This document shows positions 35,201 to 45,947 of a stretch of 64,000 nucleotides of DNA, in pieces. The notes under the pieces are model-generated. The model did not search any database. It saw nothing but the letters and a program-made list of their open reading frames with translations, and had not been told where the DNA came from. A program made the translations under genes and the position numbers. How positions within the stretch are numbered: position 1 is the first letter of the stretch; the number at the start of each line of letters is the position of its first letter. This DNA is from Macrostomum hystrix (lineage: Eukaryota > Animalia > Platyhelminthes). The stretch lies in contig CATNEN010000031.1 of assembly GCA_950097015.1 (NCBI GenBank), forward strand, positions 806,001 to 870,000, written 5' to 3'.

Positions 35201-38200
35201 CAAGCCCAACCATTTGCTAATTTCTCTTCTAATCAGTCTAATGAAGGAGCTCTATATATAGTCTACTATCATCTGTAACTATATGTAACTGTAATCTATA
35301 AGCATAATTAAATATGTACAAAGTGCATTGTACTATGCATGGGCCAGTGTGGGCTGTGTGGCACTTTAAAATCCAAATTCAAAATATGTGAGTTAAGCCT
35401 GACTATTGTCAATGACAATTAAATAAATTTATTTAATTCTAAATATAAATGCTAAGAAAATGAATAATTTTTTTGTAAATTTGTAATTGCAAGTATATAT
35501 ATATATCATATAGTAAAATTTCTTAGGAAAGGTTTGAATTACTTATATAGCCAAGGGAAAGCCCAAAGGGTCCTAAGGGTAAAGGTGCAACCAGGTGGGC
35601 TTTAGCCATTCGTCATTACTACTCATTAGCCTTAAGTCATAAGTCATTAGCCTTAGCCAACTATATATTTCTGTCAAATTTCAAAGTGAAATCTCCATGG
35701 TTATATCATATATAAAATGATAGGGTAGGCCTAATAATATTTTTTTACATATTTCTAAATATTTTATTTGAATTCATAAGTAATAAATAACAACTACCAT
35801 TGAATATAAGTAAAAAAATCTAATCTAATTAATTGCAGATCATCATCAGGATTCAGGACATCAGCAAAGATACAAATGTCTAGTCTTCCAAAGTCTAGCA
35901 TATGGACGAATTTTCAGAGAATTTCTGAAAAGCAAGCTAGTTGCAATATTTGCAAGACTACAATCCAGACTAAGGGAGGATCCACTTCGGCCATGCATGC
36001 GCATCTGAAGAAGTTACATGATATCAAACTTCCTGTTTCTGGGACAAATACTAAGTCTGGAAATAGCAGAATGCCTCGTGCTACTAGCAGCATTAGCCAA
36101 CCTTTGCAAGATAGCCAAGCTGCCCCCACTGCCACAGCTGCAGCTGGCCCAGTTGTCCAAGCTGCCCTAGCTGGCCCAACACCTGCAAAGCAGTCAAAAA
36201 TAGTTGAATTTCTGTCTCGTAAGCCAGTGGATGATAATGCTATTTTTGCCAGAATGGTAGCCAAGGATGGAATTGCATTTCGATTGTTTGTAACATCTGA
36301 GGATATTCGAAGTGGTCTCCAAGCACGTGGAGTGCATGTCCCCAAGTCAAGGGAGACAATCAAGGCTCGGGTGATGTTGTTTGCAGACTCAGTTGAGGCT
36401 GAAATAAAGACAGATCTTTGTGCGCGACGCAAATGTGGTGAAAGGTTTGCCCTGACACTTGATGAGTGGACAGGTATAAACAATCGTCGTTATATGAATG
36501 TGAACATTCACTTAGCCAATCGAAGTCATCACAATCTTGGACTTGTAAGAGTTCATGGATCAATGAATGCTGAGGCTTGTTTGCAGCTTGTAACTGAACA
36601 TGTCAGCAAGTTTGGAGTAGATGTCACCAAAGACATCATTGCTTGTACTACAGACGGAGCATCAGTGATGGTGAAGTTTGGAAGGTTAATTCATGCTGAG
36701 CACCACCTGTGTTTTGCACATGCAATTCATCTGGCTGTATCTGATGTGCTTTATTGTCCTGTTGCTACCGCAGTTACATCTACTGTTTCTGTTTCTGATG
36801 TCGAAGCTGATGCATGTGATGATGCTGAAGTGGCCATGCTGTGGGACTTGTCTGATGAAGGAACTGATGGCAATGCTATGCAACTGAATCCTACTATTCA
36901 AGAACTCATTGTCAAAGTTCGCGATGTTGTCAAGTGTTTTCGCGGAAAACCTGTGCGCAATGACACACTTCAGTCATTTGTGAAGGCAAGTCATGGATCT
37001 GAGCTTAGTCTCATCCTTGATTGTCGGACTCGGTGGAATTCCTTGCTGAGTATGGTGGATCGCTTCTTGCTGCTTTTGAAGCCCATACAGCGAGCACTCT
37101 TGCAACTTGATCTCGAATTCCCATTGGATCGCCAAGACATTGCACGCTTGAATGAAATCAACCAGGCCCTCAAACCTGTAGAGCTAATTGTGAAGACACT
37201 ATGCCAGCGTGATTGCACAATCGTCACTGCAATCAATGCAGTAGAGTTCGCCATACTGAAGCTGTCAAGCCAAGAAAGTGACCCTGCACAGGATCTTTCC
37301 AGCTCACTTAAGCTGCGTATTCAAGAGCGCAGCGGACCCATAGTCACTGCAGCCAAGTTTCTCTTCCAATATGGAGCTACTGACTCAAAATCTGAGCTCA
37401 ATGCCGTTAAGTATACTTTAATTGCTCTCGCCAAGAAACTAGAACTGTGTGCACAGCCTGAGGACAATGCCGATCAAACTGCTAGTGAAAGTGGAGCAGC
37501 TGCAGCAGGTCTTAACATGAATCTGGAATTGTCAACACGCTCGGAGGAGTTGGCAGCATCATCTTTACCAGCACCAGTAGCTGCGTGTTCAAGACCAGCT
37601 GAAGCAATCGACAGCAATCGGGCAAATCAGCAAGAGGTCTGCATAGGCCTAGAAGACCAGCTGAAGTTATTTTTGCAACAGAAGAATGAGCAGCCTCGAA
37701 ATCGAAACCAAAGCATGACACTAGAAAGTCGAATTGGCCGCGAGATTGAGTTCCTCCGTATTGCACAGCAACGAGGCACTTTGCTCACGCAACTATACCA
37801 AGGACTTCAGCTAATTCCACCTACAAGTGTCGAGGCTGAACGTGCGTTTTCTGCAAGTGGATCTTTCCTGTCGAAAGTGCGATCTCGACTGACTGACACT
37901 ACACTGTCAAGGCTCGTCATGCTCCGCCATTACTTTTTAAAGCGTGAAAGGGACACATGATTGCATTGCATTCACATTTCCCTCCCTGTATTGTCAAACA
38001 TTTCAAGGACTTATGGAAGTGAAATTAAGTTAAAAGTCAATTGTCCTAGAATAGGACATGAGTCACATGACCATATTAGAGTTGGATTACTAAGAAAAGA
38101 CTGAAGAGTGAAAGAGTTTTGAGAAGTTGACAATAAGAAGAGATACATTTAGATTGAGCAGGATAATGACAGCAGATGAGATAAGTTGAGTGGAATAGTG

Positions 38201-39508
38201 TGGAAAAATGATAGAGTAGAGTAGAAGATATGGAAGTAGCTAAACTCCTATACACATGCACTTCGAGTTCGAGTAGAGTAGAAACTAGTTTGTAGCTTGA
38301 AGCCTGCAGGGTTTGTTGCGCAATTTTTTACGACAAAATTGTCTTTGTGTCTGTGTCTGGTCTTTTTCTTTATCTTGTTTTTTGTTTGCTTGCGCCAATT
38401 CCAATGCCAAATGCCGAATAATTTTTGAAGAAAAAAACATGACTGTCTGAAATGTGAGAATGCTGGCTGATGCCAATTGCCAAGTTGCCAACGAATTAAG
38501 AGAATGAAATGACAATAAAGCACGTCACTGACATTATTAGTCAGATTCGTGCCTCGTGTTTATTATAACTTATTAATTTATTCAATAGTATTATGCTTCG
38601 CAAATTATAATATTAAACAGCAACAGCAAGTCAAAGCCTTCAAGGGTCAAACAAAGCAGGGGGAAACAAATGACAAATATGTAAAAGAGGTATCTAGCAT
38701 GCATTTTAAAGCCGCAAGTTCATTTGTTATTTGTTTACGAAATTGACGCACAAACCGGTTTTTAAAAACCGGTTTCCTGAAAAATACGGTTTTTAAAACC
38801 GGTTAACCGGTTCTCAAAAGAGCACGGTTTTTGGCATCCCTAGTGGGGTGGTAGGGCAGTGGTGTGAGCACACTTCATACTCTAAATTGTCAAAAAGAGG
38901 TGTCAGAACTGATTTCAATATAAGAGTTGAAAGATAGGTGCCAACACGATGTGAGGAGGGGTGGGGAGGGGTGGTTCTATTCTAACTTTCAAAACTTTTG
39001 TTTTATAGATGACTTATAGAATTTTAAAATAAAGGATTCATGCAAGTCAAAGTCTCTTTGTCATCCACCCTCTGAGATATTGGATAGATCGTCATCTGGA
39101 TGACAAAGTTGTAAGATGACAAAGTGTCCAGGTACCAACTAACTGATATAAAAAGAACTAATTTAAATAAAATTAAAACTCTTAATAAAACTAGTGTTAT
39201 TTATTTTTTTGGTTTGCCTATTTTTTAAGACCCAAAACAAAAACAACTAAATCATAAAAGTCTGAATAAAATAATTGAAATTTTATAAGGCAAAAAGCTG
39301 AAAACTTATTATTCAGTATTCTTGAAACATCAACTTACCAGCGATAACAGTATTTAACTTCGGACTCCGCCTCAAGTGTATAGTTAACTGGGACATAGCT
39401 TGAATAGGGCAACAGTACTTTTGAAGTACTGATGCGAAAGTCAAGTGACAGTGATACAGGACAATTCGAAAAAGAAAGTAATGCAACAAGAATGAAATAA
39501 TTGCACAT
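22654..39508 (-). CDS. nup210: Nuclear pore membrane glycoprotein 210 (gp210), 12 exons, ~1965 aa
   Basis: Exons 39508-39339, 33113-32986, 32893-32762, 32690-32325, 31071-30943, 30852-30488, 30413-29400, 29163-28849, 27723-26842, 25748-25509, 25056-24289, 24042-22654; all GT-AG, phases consistent, 5898 nt. Signal peptide, then SKVLLPYSSYVPVNYTLEAESEVKYCYRWTSTSPEVATV, CDVIVD, TTQELYLHDAP, GNIFSSLTGLPFEW (diagnostic gp210 N-terminus), repeated bacterial-Ig-like units, and a C-terminal TM (LYIGLGALIALLVIVF). Confidence 0.95.
24080..24230. repeat. 33-bp minisatellite (AGAGACTGCTCACTGCAGAACAGGCTGTGGGTT) in the last Nup210 intron
   Basis: About 4.5 tandem units. Confidence 0.9.
25100..25466 (-). 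mobile_element. Non-autonomous TIR element, copy 2 (same family as 10487-10988)
   Basis: Termini CAGTAG(AAAG)ACCAC.GGG.TATTTCAAATACC and GAAATACCCCCCTGTGGTCTTTCTACTG, flanked by TTAG and TTAA. Internal imperfect palindrome at 25245-25328. Confidence 0.7.
26010..26270. repeat. 17/22-bp minisatellite (AACTTCCCAAACCTAGC[CTAGC]) in a Nup210 intron
   Basis: Alternating 17- and 22-bp units. Confidence 0.9.
27785..28637. repeat. 29-bp minisatellite (GGGGGTCAATGACTGACAGTGTGTGAGCA) in a Nup210 intron
   Basis: About 29 tandem units. Confidence 0.95.
29205..29246. repeat. (AAT)n microsatellite in a Nup210 intron
   Basis: 14 perfect units. Confidence 0.95.
31105..32275. repeat. 26-bp minisatellite (GAGTGACGGTTGATGAGGATCTGGGA) filling Nup210 intron 4
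   Basis: About 45 units with recurring variants. Confidence 0.95.
34188..38842 (+). mobile_element. Autonomous-looking hAT (Ac-like) DNA transposon, 4655 bp
   Basis: Perfect 12-bp TIRs TAGGGATGCCAA, perfect 8-bp TSD GTGGGGTG (34180-34187 and 38843-38850), clustered AACCGGTT subterminal repeats at both ends, intact transposase ORF. Confidence 0.97.
35876..37960 (+). CDS. hAT transposase with N-terminal BED zinc finger, 694 aa
   Basis: BED finger IWTNF...CNIC...MHAHLKKLH. Catalytic D in LTLDEWT, D in CTTDGAS, CxxH in CFAH, RW in TRWNS, E in PPTSVEAERAFS. No stops. Confidence 0.95.
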   Translation: MSSLPKSSIWTNFQRISEKQASCNICKTTIQTKGGSTSAMHAHLKKLHDIKLPVSGTNTKSGNSRMPRATSSISQPLQDSQAAPTATAAAGPVVQAALAGPTPAKQSKIVEFLSRKPVDDNAIFARMVAKDGIAFRLFVTSEDIRSGLQARGVHVPKSRETIKARVMLFADSVEAEIKTDLCARRKCGERFALTLDEWTGINNRRYMNVNIHLANRSHHNLGLVRVHGSMNAEACLQLVTEHVSKFGVDVTKDIIACTTDGASVMVKFGRLIHAEHHLCFAHAIHLAVSDVLYCPVATAVTSTVSVSDVEADACDDAEVAMLWDLSDEGTDGNAMQLNPTIQELIVKVRDVVKCFRGKPVRNDTLQSFVKASHGSELSLILDCRTRWNSLLSMVDRFLLLLKPIQRALLQLDLEFPLDRQDIARLNEINQALKPVELIVKTLCQRDCTIVTAINAVEFAILKLSSQESDPAQDLSSSLKLRIQERSGPIVTAAKFLFQYGATDSKSELNAVKYTLIALAKKLELCAQPEDNADQTASESGAAAAGLNMNLELSTRSEELAASSLPAPVAACSRPAEAIDSNRANQQEVCIGLEDQLKLFLQQKNEQPRNRNQSMTLESRIGREIEFLRIAQQRGTLLTQLYQGLQLIPPTSVEAERAFSASGSFLSKVRSRLTDTTLSRLVMLRHYFLKRERDT

Positions 39509-40170
39509 CTCTTTAGAATTTTAAAGTTTTTAGGCTAATTTTCGTTGAACAGATAAAAGTAAAAAACACACGTAAATTGAAGTGACTACCAAAGGATCAT
39601 TGGCTACAATTACAAATACAAATATTAACAATTCATATTTATTCGTCAATCAACAATTGTATTCTTTTCAAATAATCGATTAACCACAAAAAGGTTCTCA
39701 AAAAAATACTTAAATGTAAATGACGTGATGCCCGGGCATGATTTACGCTTGCGCACTATTATACTGGTTTGCATTAAATTTAATTTGAAATTTTCGTGTC
39801 CTTTCATAGAATAGTATTTTTTAATAAAAGTAACGCCTTTGAAAGTCGGTGAACGTAGTTATAACAGTTTTTAGATCTTTGTACTGAGATTTATATGAAC
39901 TTCAATTACATAAATATGAAGCTAATTACGGCATACACCTGTGTTTGTTGATAATTTTAAAATTCGAAAATGTGTTTACAGGTCTTTTAATTTTAATTTA
40001 AATTAAATCACACACTTGCTTGGTTCGTGATTAGACCCACGATAATTATACGTTTTTATATATTTTAAAATAATAGGTGAATTATTTTCTATTTGTAAAA
40101 CATTTATTTCGTTCAGCTTTGTAGCCAAAAAGTTATTGGGCGTTGTGAAGTATATTCAACCAAATTGGAA
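39509..40170. promoter_or_regulatory. Putative bidirectional promoter between nup210 and crk
   Basis: Divergent start codons at 39508 (-) and 40171 (+), 662 bp apart. AT-rich, with a central TGACGTG next to the 12-bp palindrome ATGCCCGGGCAT (39728-39739). Confidence 0.6.
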
Positions 40171-42492
40171 ATGACTCAAGAGTTACTAAACCTTGGAATA
40201 AAAGGAACCGAGGAGTAAGTATTTTAAGTTTATTTGTATTTTCTAGTTTTTAGCACCATAGAAAATAAATTTCGCACTTGCAAGATTCTGTTCAGCATGC
40301 TAGTATGATATTTTCCTTTTTACAACTTTTGTGTGTGATATTACTTTCATTATTTCTGCCATAGCTATCTTGAATTAAAAAAGACAGTTTTTGTTGTCCT
40401 ATGATTGAACTATAAACTGAGAATTATTAAAGGTGGTTTAAAAGCCAATTATGGCTTAAAGATTAGGAGTCTGAATGATTTCTAATTCTAAATAGAACAA
40501 TGGTGTCCTTAAGCTAGATAGAATGAAACAAAGTTCTATTGTTTCATTTCACCAAATTGTAAAATGGGTACCAGCATCAGCTTGTGTAACTCAGGGTGGG
40601 TGTGGTACCCTCCCTAGTCTATGGACTAAGCAGCTAACCATTTTTATATATGCCCCAAGCACTGTTACATCTTAAATACATATTTTCCTTTATGTCATGC
40701 TTATTGCTAAGTGGCATATTTTATGAAGCTTGTCATGAGTATTCTTGTTTACTAATATTTTCTTCTCATTTTAGTTGGTACTTTGGCAACATTATGCGTG
40801 AGCAGGCAAATGAAATTTTGCTCAATGGTGATGTTGGAATGTACCTGGTTCGTGGCAGTAGAACTGAGCCAGGCAGTTTTGCTCTGAGTGTTCGGTAAGT
40901 CTTTTATATTTGATTTTTATCCAACTCCCTGCTTGTGTATGCACTGTCACAAAACTTATTCAATTTCAGGGACAAACAAAAGGCCAATCACTACAAAATC
41001 TTTGCCATTCCATGCAAAACTCAAGCTGGCTTTAAATTTAAGATTGGTTCTCTGGAGTTTATCTCGATTCATCATATACTTGAGTACTACAAGAAGAGTA
41101 AGCTGGCTGACTCCAACCTCACTGTGCCTGTGAGTCTGCTCTTTGACTTATATTAAAGCACCTTTTATTCAAATATCATGACTTTATGACCGACTGTATG
41201 ATTCTGAGGGGCTAAAGTTAATAATGTTCCCTTTATGAAGGCTCCGCGTCCATTATACCGAGCTAAGATTGATTATCGACCCGACTCGGACGCCGCCACT
41301 GTTGGCCTGCGACGCAACGAATGCGTCCTGTTTCTAGATTTGACAATGAAATCAGACGGCAGGGAGGATACCGAATGGTGGCACGTAGTGAAGCGAAACT
41401 CGGGTAGGGAAATTGTACTTTTTGCTCTGCTTCTGTGTTCTATTGCTTCAGACACTATTCATACTACTCATAGTAACTTGAAGTAGCTTCATGTCGAACA
41501 GCTAGCCATGAATACCAGACAGCTAGCCATGAATATCAGACAGCTAGCCATGAATATCAGACAGTTAGCCATGAATATCAGATAGCTAGCCATGAATATC
41601 AGACAGTTAGCCATGAATATCAGACAGCTAGCCATGAATATCAGACAGCTAGCCATGAATATCAGACAGCTAGCCATGAATATCAGACAGCTAGCCATGA
41701 ATATCAGACAGTTAAGCGTGTATTATGCAAGCTTGAAAGTGATATTGGTCTAATCATATTACCATAAATTCCATTGATATGATCAGGTGAGGTGAGCTTC
41801 GTCCCGAAGTCCTGCCTTCGCCAGTGCAATCCGGGCGAAGCTGACGACAGCAAATTCGGCGTACTTCGCCAGCTTAATCTGCCATTCGATGTTGAAGCCA
41901 TGCGAGCTCGAAATCCCAATATATTTGATTCTAGCCAACTGCGACTGGAGGTTGGGGATCAGATCCGCGTGAAGCAGGTATTATCCCATTTATAATATCC
42001 TTAACATTTTTTGCTAGAATCGGTGATTAGAGCTTTGTACTTCTGATCAAGAGGTCCAGAGTTCGAATCTCAGTCCTTGGGAAACCATTTGTGTCGCCGA
42101 GAAACACGCTTAATCAGTCTCAGTCCTTGTGTAGCCAGGTGTACACAGGCTTTAAAAGCTGCGGCTGTGCCAGGGCCGGTACATCTAGCCATCTTGGTCG
42201 TGTATAATTTCCATATATTTCTGTCTAAGATAAAATTTTGAATTGCATCTCTCAGGTTATTCAAGACACTCCAGAGCTGTGGTTTGGCGTCAACCTACGC
42301 AGCAAAGCTGAAGGCGTTTTCCCATTCAACTACGTCCGGCCGCTCTCCCAGGAGCTGTCGGCTGGCACCGAGAACTGTCGCCACTCGGCTATTTCCAGCA
42401 ACAGCGCCGCCTCCTCCGGCCGGCTTGGCAACAGGACAAGCAACCGGGCTTCTGGCTGCACTCTGGATGAGCATCCAGAAGATGCCCACTGA
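40171..42492 (+). CDS. crk: Crk/CrkL-family adaptor (SH2-SH3-SH3), ~304 aa
   Basis: Exons 40171-40214, 40775-40894, 40970-41129, 41241-41403, 41787-41977, 42256-42492, all GT-AG and in phase. SH2 WYFGNIMREQANEIL...GMYLVRGS...GSFALSVR; nSH3 ...TEWWHVV...FVP; cSH3 RARNPNIFDSSQLRLEVGDQIRV...GVFPFNYV, matching the Crk cSH3 pattern PNAYDKTALALEVGELVKV...GHFPFTHV. Confidence 0.9.
41493..41712. repeat. 21-bp minisatellite (GACAGCTAGCCATGAATATCA) in crk intron 4
   Basis: About 10 tandem units. Confidence 0.95.
42016..42205 (+). mobile_element. tRNA-derived SINE in crk intron 5
   Basis: Degenerate A box (CGGTGATTAGAGC) and B box (GTTCGAATC), followed by GTGTCGCCGAGAAACACGCTTAATC...CTCAGTCC...CCAGGTGTA, resembling conserved central SINE domains. 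No complete cloverleaf. Confidence 0.6.
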
Positions 42493-42506
42493 TTCAACAC
42501 TGATTC

Positions 42507-43600
42507 AGCCATCACTGACATCCCAATGCTGACATGTCTCAGCCATCACTGACATGTCTCAGCCATCACTGACATGTCTCAGCCATCACTGACATCCCAA
42601 TGCTGACATGTCTCAGCCATCACTGACATGTCTCAGCCATCACTGACATGTCTCAGCCATCACTGACATCCCAATGCTGACATGTCTCAGCCATCACTGA
42701 CATCCCAATGCTGACATGTCTCAGCCATCACTGACATGTCTCAGCCATCACTGACATGTCTCAGCCATCACTGACATGTCTCAGCCATCACTGACATGTC
42801 TCAGCCATCACTGACATGTCTCAGCCATCACTGACATCCCAATGCTGACATGTCTCAGCCATCACTGACATCCCCCAATGCTGACATGTCTCAGCCATCA
42901 CTGACATCCCAATGCTGACATGTCTCAGCCATCACTGACATCCCCCAATGCTGACATGTCTCAGCCATCACTGACATCCCAATGCTGACATGTCTCAGCC
43001 ATCACTGACATCCCCCAATGCTGACATGTCTCAGCCATCACTGACATCCCAATGCTGACATGTCTCAGCCATCACTGACATCCCCCAATGCTGACATGTC
43101 TCAGCCATCACTGACATGTCTCAGCCATCACTGACATGTCTCAGCCATCACTGACATCCCCCAATGCTGACATGTCTCAGCCATCACTGACATGTCTCAG
43201 CCATCACTGACATGTCTCAGCCATCACTGACATGTCTCAGCCATCACTGACATGTCTCAGCCATCACTGACATCCCAATGCTGACATGTCTCAGCCATCA
43301 CTGACATCCCCCAATGCTGACATGTCTCAGCCATCACTGACATGTCTCAGCCATCACTGACATCCCCCAATGCTGACATGTCTCAGCCATCACTGACATC
43401 CCATTGCTGACATGTCTCAGCCATCACTGACATCCCAATGCTGACATGTCTCAGCCATCACTGACATCCCCCAATGCTGACATGTCTCAGCCATCACTGA
43501 CATGTCTCAGCCATCACTGACATGTCTCAGCCATCACTGACATGTCTTAGCCATCACTGACATGTCTCAGCCATCACTGACATGTCTCAGCCATCACTCA
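42507..43600. repeat. 20-bp minisatellite (CATGTCTCAGCCATCACTGA) with a 14-16-bp CATCCC(CC)AATGCTGA variant
   Basis: Starts 15 bp after the crk stop codon. Confidence 0.95.
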
Positions 43601-44231
43601 CACCCTTAACGTGATGGCTTAGCTTGTACTCTAGATAATAAGAGTTCAAATGATACATCCTAGTAATATTTTTATTAATAACGTATAATTATATTTATAT
43701 TTAATTTTTTAATTAAATTGGACACCAATAGCAAGATTTGTGCAAATGTCAATAGAATTTTTTCACTTTGTTGTATTTAGTAATTTTTTGTTAAGCTTTT
43801 TCGATAAGCAAACTAAATTTTGCAATAGTTGTGAATAGTGTCCTTTTTAAAACGAGTTGACTCTTTTTTCCGAAAGTTGTTGCATGCTTTGTCTGTTTAA
43901 TTCATAATCTCTCAAGATTATATAGAAACTCATTATTGGTGCTAAGCAATTGACAGTTCATTAGTTGCAATAACCTAGATTTGTAAATTATATTTTACAA
44001 TTTTTTATGCAGAGTTCACATGTAAGATTTTATTATCTCATTTTACAGTGCTGAAAAAACAATGCCTGCACTTTTTTTGTTTAGCTTTACTCTTGATGCC
44101 TGGCTTATTTACCTAGTTGGCAATTTAGCGACTACTGTTCGTGTTCATTGGTCGATATGTTTAGTCAATTCAAATATAACTCGGCGACGCCATCAACTTG
44201 TATTCCGAAACACTGTCGCATTATATACACA

Positions 44232-45015
44232 TTACTAACAGCCATTCACACACATACTGTGACTGTACCAACAGCCATTCACACACATACTGTGACTGTA
44301 CCAACAGCCATTCACACACATACTGTGACTGTACCAACAGCCATTCACACACACACTGTGACTGTACCAACAGCCATTCACACACACACTGTGACTGTAC
44401 CAACAGCCATTCACACACATACTGTGACTGTACCAACAGCCATTCACACACACTGTGACTGTACCAACAGCCATTCACACATACTGTGACTGTACCAACA
44501 GCCATTCACACATACTGTGACTGTACCAACAGCCATTCACACACATACTGTGACTGTACTAACAGCCATTCACACACATACTGTGACTGTACTAACAGCC
44601 ATTCACACACATACTGTGACTGTACCAACAGCCATTCACACACACTGTGACTGTACCAACAGCCATTCACACATACTGTGACTGTACCAACAGCCATTCA
44701 CACATACTGTGACTGTACCAACAGCCATTCACACACATACTGTGACTGTACTAACAGCCATTCACACACATACTGTGACTGTACTAACAGCCATTCACAC
44801 ACACACTGTGACTGTACTAACAGCCATTCACACACACACTGTGACTGTACTAACAGCCATTCACACACAACTGTGACTGTACTAACAGCCATTCACACAC
44901 ACACTGTGACTGTACTAACAGCCATTCACACACACACTGTGACTGTACTAACAGCCATTCACACACACACTGTGACTGTACTAACAGCCATTCACACACA
45001 CACTGTGACTGTACT
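44232..45015. repeat. 31-33-bp minisatellite (CTGTGACTGTACCAACAGCCATTCACACACATA)
   Basis: About 24 tandem units. Confidence 0.95.
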
Positions 45016-45947
45016 GCACTACTGACAGCAGCTCAAATTTCAGTAGGCAGATGCGGGTATAGCGAATACTAATATTATATTAATTCAAGTATGCGACTTC
45101 ACCATGCAGGCTTTTCATAGTCAGAATTACGGGATTAAATCACGCAGCTTGCAATGAGCTGTGCCTGATCAAAGCCTAAGGAATGAGCAGATTGAGGAGG
45201 TTTCTTGGACTCCTCAATAGTAGTTGAAGGTTTTCTTTGCCAGTCCGCGTTGGCGCATGCTAAAGAGGCCATCTTTTCGATTCGGGCAGCTGCAACTAAT
45301 GAGTTCTCTGGCTAGGTGCGCACACACAAATCACTATTACCTGGGAGTCCTGAGCTGTGCCAGTTAGCGAACTGGCTGATTAAGGCCCAGCCCCAAGCGA
45401 ATCGACAGCCATGTGGTCAAGTGGAGCCAAGTCTGCAACGTAAATCACAGCCTCTTCAATCACTGTTGCATCACATTCGCGAGCACGCAACCTGGCTGCC
45501 ACTTCACACCTGGCAGCGAAGGAGGCGCCGCGTCGAGACATCCTCTTGATGAGGAGGAACTCTCTCTCCTCCGGATTCCCTTCTTCCAGCCTCCCAGTGG
45601 ACTGAGGCCTCTTCATTAAAAGTCTGTTAGCTCAAGCCTGTTCTCCATATCACTCTTATCCCTGTGATACAATCGATCTCGCCTACGGGCAAGTCGACGG
45701 ACTGCGTGTCAGTCAGCATGGGGTCTCTCTGGGGGCCATGGAAACTGCGCGCATTGTACAGTGCTCTCGTCTGGGGTTCGTTGTCTGCAGACCAAATTGG
45801 GAAGCATTGTCCGATGGCGCAGACTCAGTCTAAGTGGAATCTGTGTTCCTCAGCCTTCAATAAACTTTTAGCTATGAAAATAATTACGAATTAGTAGACT
45901 AAAAATCTGAGTTAAAAGAGCAACTCGGATTGCTCTTGTGTACAAAG

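Larger units (their letters stand above)
34000..39136. mobile_element. Merlin-like non-autonomous element (~470 bp without the insert), interrupted by the hAT transposon
   Basis: 8-bp duplication AACTAACT at 33992-33999 and 39137-39144. 38-bp imperfect TIRs GGATCCTAGACACTTCGTCATCTTACAACTTTGTCATC and GATGACAAAGTTGTAAGATGACAAAGTGTCCAGGTACC. GG-starting termini with an 8-bp TSD fit Merlin; the superfamily call is inference. Confidence 0.75.

Noticed and set aside
42016-42090. Functional tRNA gene
   Set aside because: A and B boxes are present but acceptor and anticodon stems do not close, and it continues into a SINE-like body.
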